From NCBI RefSeq assembly GCF_009914755.1, contig NC_060944.1: DNA of 64,000 nucleotides. One strand, 5' to 3'. The notes under the pieces are model-generated. The model saw only the letters and a list, made by a program, of their open reading frames with translations, did not search any database and was not told the origin of the DNA. The stretch's first letter is position 1, and the number at the start of each line of letters is the position of its first letter. Source of the stretch: the human T2T-CHM13v2.0 reference genome, Homo sapiens. Positions 58,501 to 64,000 of this stretch are shown piece after piece. The position numbers and the translations under genes are program-made.

Positions 58501-61500
58501 TGAAAAAGGAAGTATCTTAACATAAAAACTAGACAGAAGAATTCTCAGAAACTTCTTTGTGATGTGTGTACTCAACTCACAGAGTTAAACCTTTCCTTTG
58601 ATATAGCAGGTTTGAAACATTCTTTTTGTAGAATTTACAAGTGGATATTAGGACTGCATTGAAGATTCCGTTGTAAACGGGAATATCTTCACATAAAACT
58701 AGACTGAAGCATTCTTAGAAACTTCTTTGTGATGTATGCATTCAACTCACAGAGTTGAAACTTTCTTTTGATAGAGCAGATTGGAAACACTCTGTTTGTA
58801 GAATTTGCAAGAGGATATTTGGACAGCTTTGAGACCTACCCTGGAAACGGGTATATCTTCACATAAAAACAAGACAGAAACGTTCTCAGAAACTTTTTGT
58901 GATGCTTGTATTCAACTCACAGAGTTTAATATTCCTTTTCAAAGAGCAGTTTTGAAACACTCTTTTTGTAGAATCTGTAAGAGGAAACTTGGAGGGCTTT
59001 GAGGCCAAAGGTGAAAAAGGAAATATCTTCCCATAAAAACTAGACAGAGGAATTCTCAGAAACTCGTTTGTGTTGTGTGTACTCAACTCACAGATTTGAA
59101 GTTTTCTTTTGATAGAGCAGTTATGAAACACTGTTTTTATAGAAACTGCAAGTGGATATTTGTATAGCTTTGAGGATTTCGTTGGAAACGGGAATATCTT
59201 CACAAGAAAACTGCACAGAAGTATTCTCAGAAACTTCCTTGTGATGTTTGCATTCAATTCACCGTGTTGAACATTCTCTTTCATAGAGCGGTTTTGAAAC
59301 ACTCTTTTTGTAGTATCTGGAAGTGCACATTTGGAGCGATTTGAGGCCTATGTAGAAAAAACAAATATCTTCACATAAAAACTAGACAGAAGCATTCGCA
59401 GAACCTTCTTTGTGATGTGTGTACTCAACTCGCAGAGTTGAACATTTCCTTTGATACAGCAGTTTTGAAATACTCTTTTGCAGTATCTGGAAGTAGACAT
59501 TTGGAGTGCTTTGGGACCTATGGTGAAAAAGGAATTATCTTCACATAAAAACTAGACAGAAGAATTCTCAGAAACTTTTGTGATGTGTGTACTCAGCTCA
59601 CAGGGTTGAACCTTTCTTTTGATACAGTAGTTTTGAAACATTCTTTTTGTAGGATCTGCAAGTGGATGTTTAGATAGCTTTGAGACCTTCGTTGTAAACG
59701 GGAATATCTTCAGAAAATTCTCAGAAAATTTTTGTGATGTTTGCATTCAAGTCACAGAGTTGAACATTCCTTTTCATAGAGCAGTTTTGAAACACTCTTT
59801 TTGTAGAATCTGAAATGGGACATTTAGCGCGATTTGAAACCTATGGTGAAAAAGGGAATATCTTCACATAAAAAATAGACAGAAGAATTCTCAGAAACTA
59901 ATTTCTGATGTGTGTACTCAGCTCAAAGAGTTAAACCTGTCCTTTGATACAGCAGCTTTGAAGCACTCTTCTTGTAGAATTTACAAGTGCATATTAGAAC
60001 AGCATTGAGGATTTCGTTGGAAACGGGAATATCTTCACATAAAACTAGACAGAAGCATTCTCAAAAACTTCTTTGGGATTTGTGTCTTCACTTAACAGAG
60101 TTGAAACTTTCTTTTGATAGAGCAGATTGGAAACACTCTTTTGTAGAATTTGCAAGTGGATATTTGGACAGCTTTGAGACCTTCGCTGGAAACGGGTATA
60201 TCTCCACATAAAAACTAGACAGAAGCATTCTCAGAAACTTCTTTGTGATGCTTGCATTCAACTCACAAGTTTAAACGTTCCTTTTTTTAGAGCAGTTTTG
60301 AAACACTCTTTTTGAAGAATCTGTAAGAGGAAAATTGGAGTGCTTTGAGGCCTAAGGTGAAAAAGGAAATATCTTCCCATAAAAGCTAGACAGAGGAATT
60401 CTCACAAAATCATTTGTGATGTGTGTATTCAACTCACAAAGTTGAACTTTCCTTTTGATAGAGGAGTTTTGAAACACTGTTTTTGTAGAAACTGCAAGTG
60501 GATATTTGTATATCTTTGAGGATTTCGTTGTAAACGGATATATCTTCACATAAAAACTAGAGAGAAGCATTCTCAGAAACTTCTTTGTGATGCTTTCATT
60601 CAACTCACAGAGATGAACATTCCCTTTCATAGAGCAGTTTTGAAACACTCTTTTTGTAGTATCTGGAAGTGATCATTTGGAGCACTTTGAGGCCTATAGT
60701 GAAAAACGAAATATCTTCACATAAAAACTAGACAGAAGCATTCTCAAAACCTTCTTTGTGATATGTGTACTTAACTCACAGAGTTGAACATTTCTTTTGA
60801 TACAGCAGTTTTTAAACACTCTTTTTGTAGAATCTGCAAGTGGGTATTTGGATAGATTTCAGGATTTCATTGGAAACGGGAATATCTTCCCATGAAAACT
60901 AGACAGAAGCATTCTCAGAAACTTCTTTGTGATGTTTGCATTCAACTCACAGAGTTGAAAAATCCTTTTAATAGAGCAGTTTTGAAACACTCTTTTTGAA
61001 GTATCTGTAAGTGGAAACTCAGAGCACTTTGAGGCCTATGTTGAAATTGGAAATAACTTCCCATAAAAAATAGACAGAAAAATTCCCAGAAACTTCTTTG
61101 TGATGTGTGTACTCAACTCGCAGAGTTGACCTTTTCTTTTCATAGAGCAGTTTTGAAACACTCTTTTTGTAGAGTGTGCAATTAGATATTAATATATCAT
61201 TGAGGATTTCACTGGAAACGGGAATATCTTCACATAAAAACTAGACAGAAGCATTCTCAGAAACTTCGTTGTGATGCTTGCATTGAACTCAGAGAGTTGA
61301 ACATTACTTTTCATAGAACTGTTCTAAAACCCTCTTTTTGAAGAATCTGTAAGTGGCAACTTGGAGCGCTTTGAGGCCTAGGCTGAAAAAGGAAATATAT
61401 TTACATAAAAACTAGACAGAAGCATTCTAAGAAACTTCTTTGTGATGTGTGTACTCAACTTACAGAGTTGAACCTTTCTTTTGATACAGCAGTTTTGAAA

Positions 61501-64000
61501 CACTTTTTTTGTAAAATCTGCAAGTGGATACTTGGATAGTTATGAGGCTTTCGTTGGAAACGAGAATAACTTCAGGTAAAAACTAGACAGAAGCATTCTC
61601 AGAAACTTCTTTGTGATGTTTCCATTCAACTAACGGAGTTGAACATTCCTTTTCATAGAGCAGTTTTGAAACACTCTTTTTGTAGAATCTGTAATTGGAA
61701 ACTTGGAGAGCTTTGAGGTCTAAGGTGAAAAATGAAGTATCTTCCCATAAAAACCATACAGAAGAATTATCAGAAACTTCTTTGTGATGTGTGTACTCAA
61801 CTCAGAGCGTTGAACTTTTCTTTTGATGGAGCAGTTTTGAAACACTCTTTTTGTAAAGTCTGCAAGTGGATATTTGGATACCTTTTAGGATTTCTTTGGA
61901 AACGGGGATGTCTTCTCATAAAAACTAGACAGAAGCTTTCTCAGAAACTTCTCTGGGAAGTTTGCATTCAACAAATAGAGTTGAACATTCCCTTTCATAG
62001 AGCAGTTTTGAAACACTCTTTGTAGTATCTGGAAGTGGACATTTGGAGCGCTTTGAGGCCTATGGTGAAAAAGGCGAAATCTTCACATAAAAATTAGACA
62101 GAAGCATTCTCAGAAACTTGTTTGACGTGTGTGTACTCAGCTCACAGAGTTGAACTTTTCTTTTGATACAGCAGTTTTGAAACACTCTTTTTGTAGAATC
62201 TGCAAGTGGATATTTGAATAACTTTGAGGCTTTCGTTGGAAACGGGAATATCTTCACATAAAAAGTAGACAGAAGCATTCTCAGAAACTTCTTTGTGATG
62301 CTTGCATTTAACTCACAGAGTTGAACATTCCTTTTCATAGATCAGTTTTGACACACTCTTTTTGAAAAATCTGTAGGTGGAAACTTGGAGCGTTTTGAGG
62401 CCTATGGTGCAAAAGGAAATATCTTACCATAAAAACTAAACAGAAGAATTCTCAGAAACTTATTTTAGATGTGTGTACTAAACTCAAAAAGTTGAACTTT
62501 TCTTTTTATAGAGCAGTTTTGGGACACTCTTTTTGCACAATCTGCAAGTGTATATTTTGATAGTTTTGAGGATTTCCTTGTAAATGGAAATATCTCCACG
62601 TAAAAACTAGACAGAAGCATTCTCAGAAATTACTTTGTGATGCTTGAATTCAACTCACCGAGTTGAACATTCCCTTTCATAGAGCACTTTTGAAACACTC
62701 TTTTTGTGGTATCTGGAAGTGGACATTTGGAGTGCTTTTGAGGCCTGTGGTGAAAAAGGGAATATCTTCCCATAAAAACTAGACAGAAGCATTCTCGGAA
62801 ACTTCTTTGTGATGTGTGTACTCATCTCACAGAGTTGAACCTTCCTTTTGATACAGCAGTTATGAAACACTCCTTTTGAAGAATCCGCAAGTGGATATTT
62901 GTATAGATTTGAGGCTTTCATTGAAAATGGGGATATCTTCACATAAAAACTAGACAGAAGCATTCTCGGAAATTTCTTTGTGATGCTTGCATTCAACACA
63001 CGGAGTTAAACCCTCGTTTTCATAGAGCAGTTTTGAAACACTCTTTCTGAAGAATCTGTAGGTGGAAACTTGAAGCGCTTTGAGGCCTATGGTGGAAAAG
63101 GAAATATCTTACCTTAAAAACTAGACAGAAGAATTCTCAGAAACTTCTTTGTGATGTGTGTACTCAACTCACAGAGTTGAACGTTTCTTTTGATAGAGGA
63201 GTTTTGAAACACTCTTTTTGTAGACTCTGCAAGTGGATATGTGGATTGCTATATGGATTTGGCCGGAAACGGGAATATCCTCGCTTAAAAACTAGATAGA
63301 AGCATTCTCAAAAACTTCCTTTTGACATTTGCGTTCAACTCACAGAGTTGAACATTTCCTTTCATAGAGCAGTTTTGAAAAACTCTTTTTGTAGAATCTG
63401 GAAGTGGACTTTTGGAGGGATTTGAGACCTGTGGTGAAAAAGGAAACATCTTCACATAAAATGAAGACAGAAGGATTCTCAGAAACTACTTTGTGATGCG
63501 TGTACTCAAATCACAGTGTTAAACATTTCTTTTGATACAGCAGTTTTGAAACACTCATTTTATTGAATCCGTAAGGGGATATTTTGACAGATTTGAGACC
63601 TTCGCTGGAAATGGTTATATCTTCACATAAAAACTAGACAGAAGCATTCTCAGAAACTTCTTTGTGATGTTTGAATTCAAGTCACAGAGTTGAACATTCC
63701 CTTTCATAGAGCAGTTTTGAAACACTCTTTTTGTAGTATCTGGAAGTGGACATTTTGAGCGCTTTGAAGCCTACGGTGAAAAAAAAGTCTTCACATAAAA
63801 ACTAGACAGGAGCATTCTCAGAAACTTCTTTGTGATGTGTGTACTCAACTCACAGTGTTGAAACTTTCTTTTGATACAGCAGTTTTGAAACACTCCTTTT
63901 GTAGAATCTGCAAGTGGATATTTGGATACTTTTGAGGCTTTCGTTGGAAACGGGAATATCTTCACATAAAAACTAGAAAGAAGCATTCTAGGAAACTTCC
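55550..64000 (+). repeat. Alpha satellite layer 4 (right part), decayed 7-9-mer repeat
   Basis: Same signatures as 44.3-48.2 kb. The CATTGAGGATTTC-type marker monomer occurs at ~55755, 57120, 58652, 59998 and 61193. Confidence 0.88.

Overview
This is primate (hominid-like) pericentromeric DNA, not a gene region. About 57 kb is head-to-tail ~171-bp alpha satellite in a single orientation. It irregularly mixes A-type monomers (pJalpha box, TGGTGAAAAAGG) and B-type monomers (CENP-B box, TTCGTTGGAAACGGGA), i.e. a divergent, SF5-like 'dead' array. The array is layered into sequence-distinct blocks with decayed 7-9-mer higher-order repeats. Three 5'-truncated L1PA2-4-like LINE-1 insertions interrupt it, all with readable target-site duplications (TSDs): a simple truncation (~5.5-6.6 kb), a twin-priming inversion (~16.8-20.6 kb), and a twin-priming inversion carrying a 173-bp non-satellite 3' transduction with its own AATAAA and poly(A) (~53.1-55.4 kb). 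The third L1 lies inside an SF1/SF01-like satellite island (~48.2-55.55 kb) that appears inserted in register into a different satellite family. The satellite ORFs are artefacts, and the only protein-derived sequence is dead L1 ORF2. I see no evidence for a new gene system. The most interesting signals are the transduction, the in-register foreign island and short locally templated insertions. All alignments and counts were done by eye, and subfamily calls rely on recalled consensus diagnostics.
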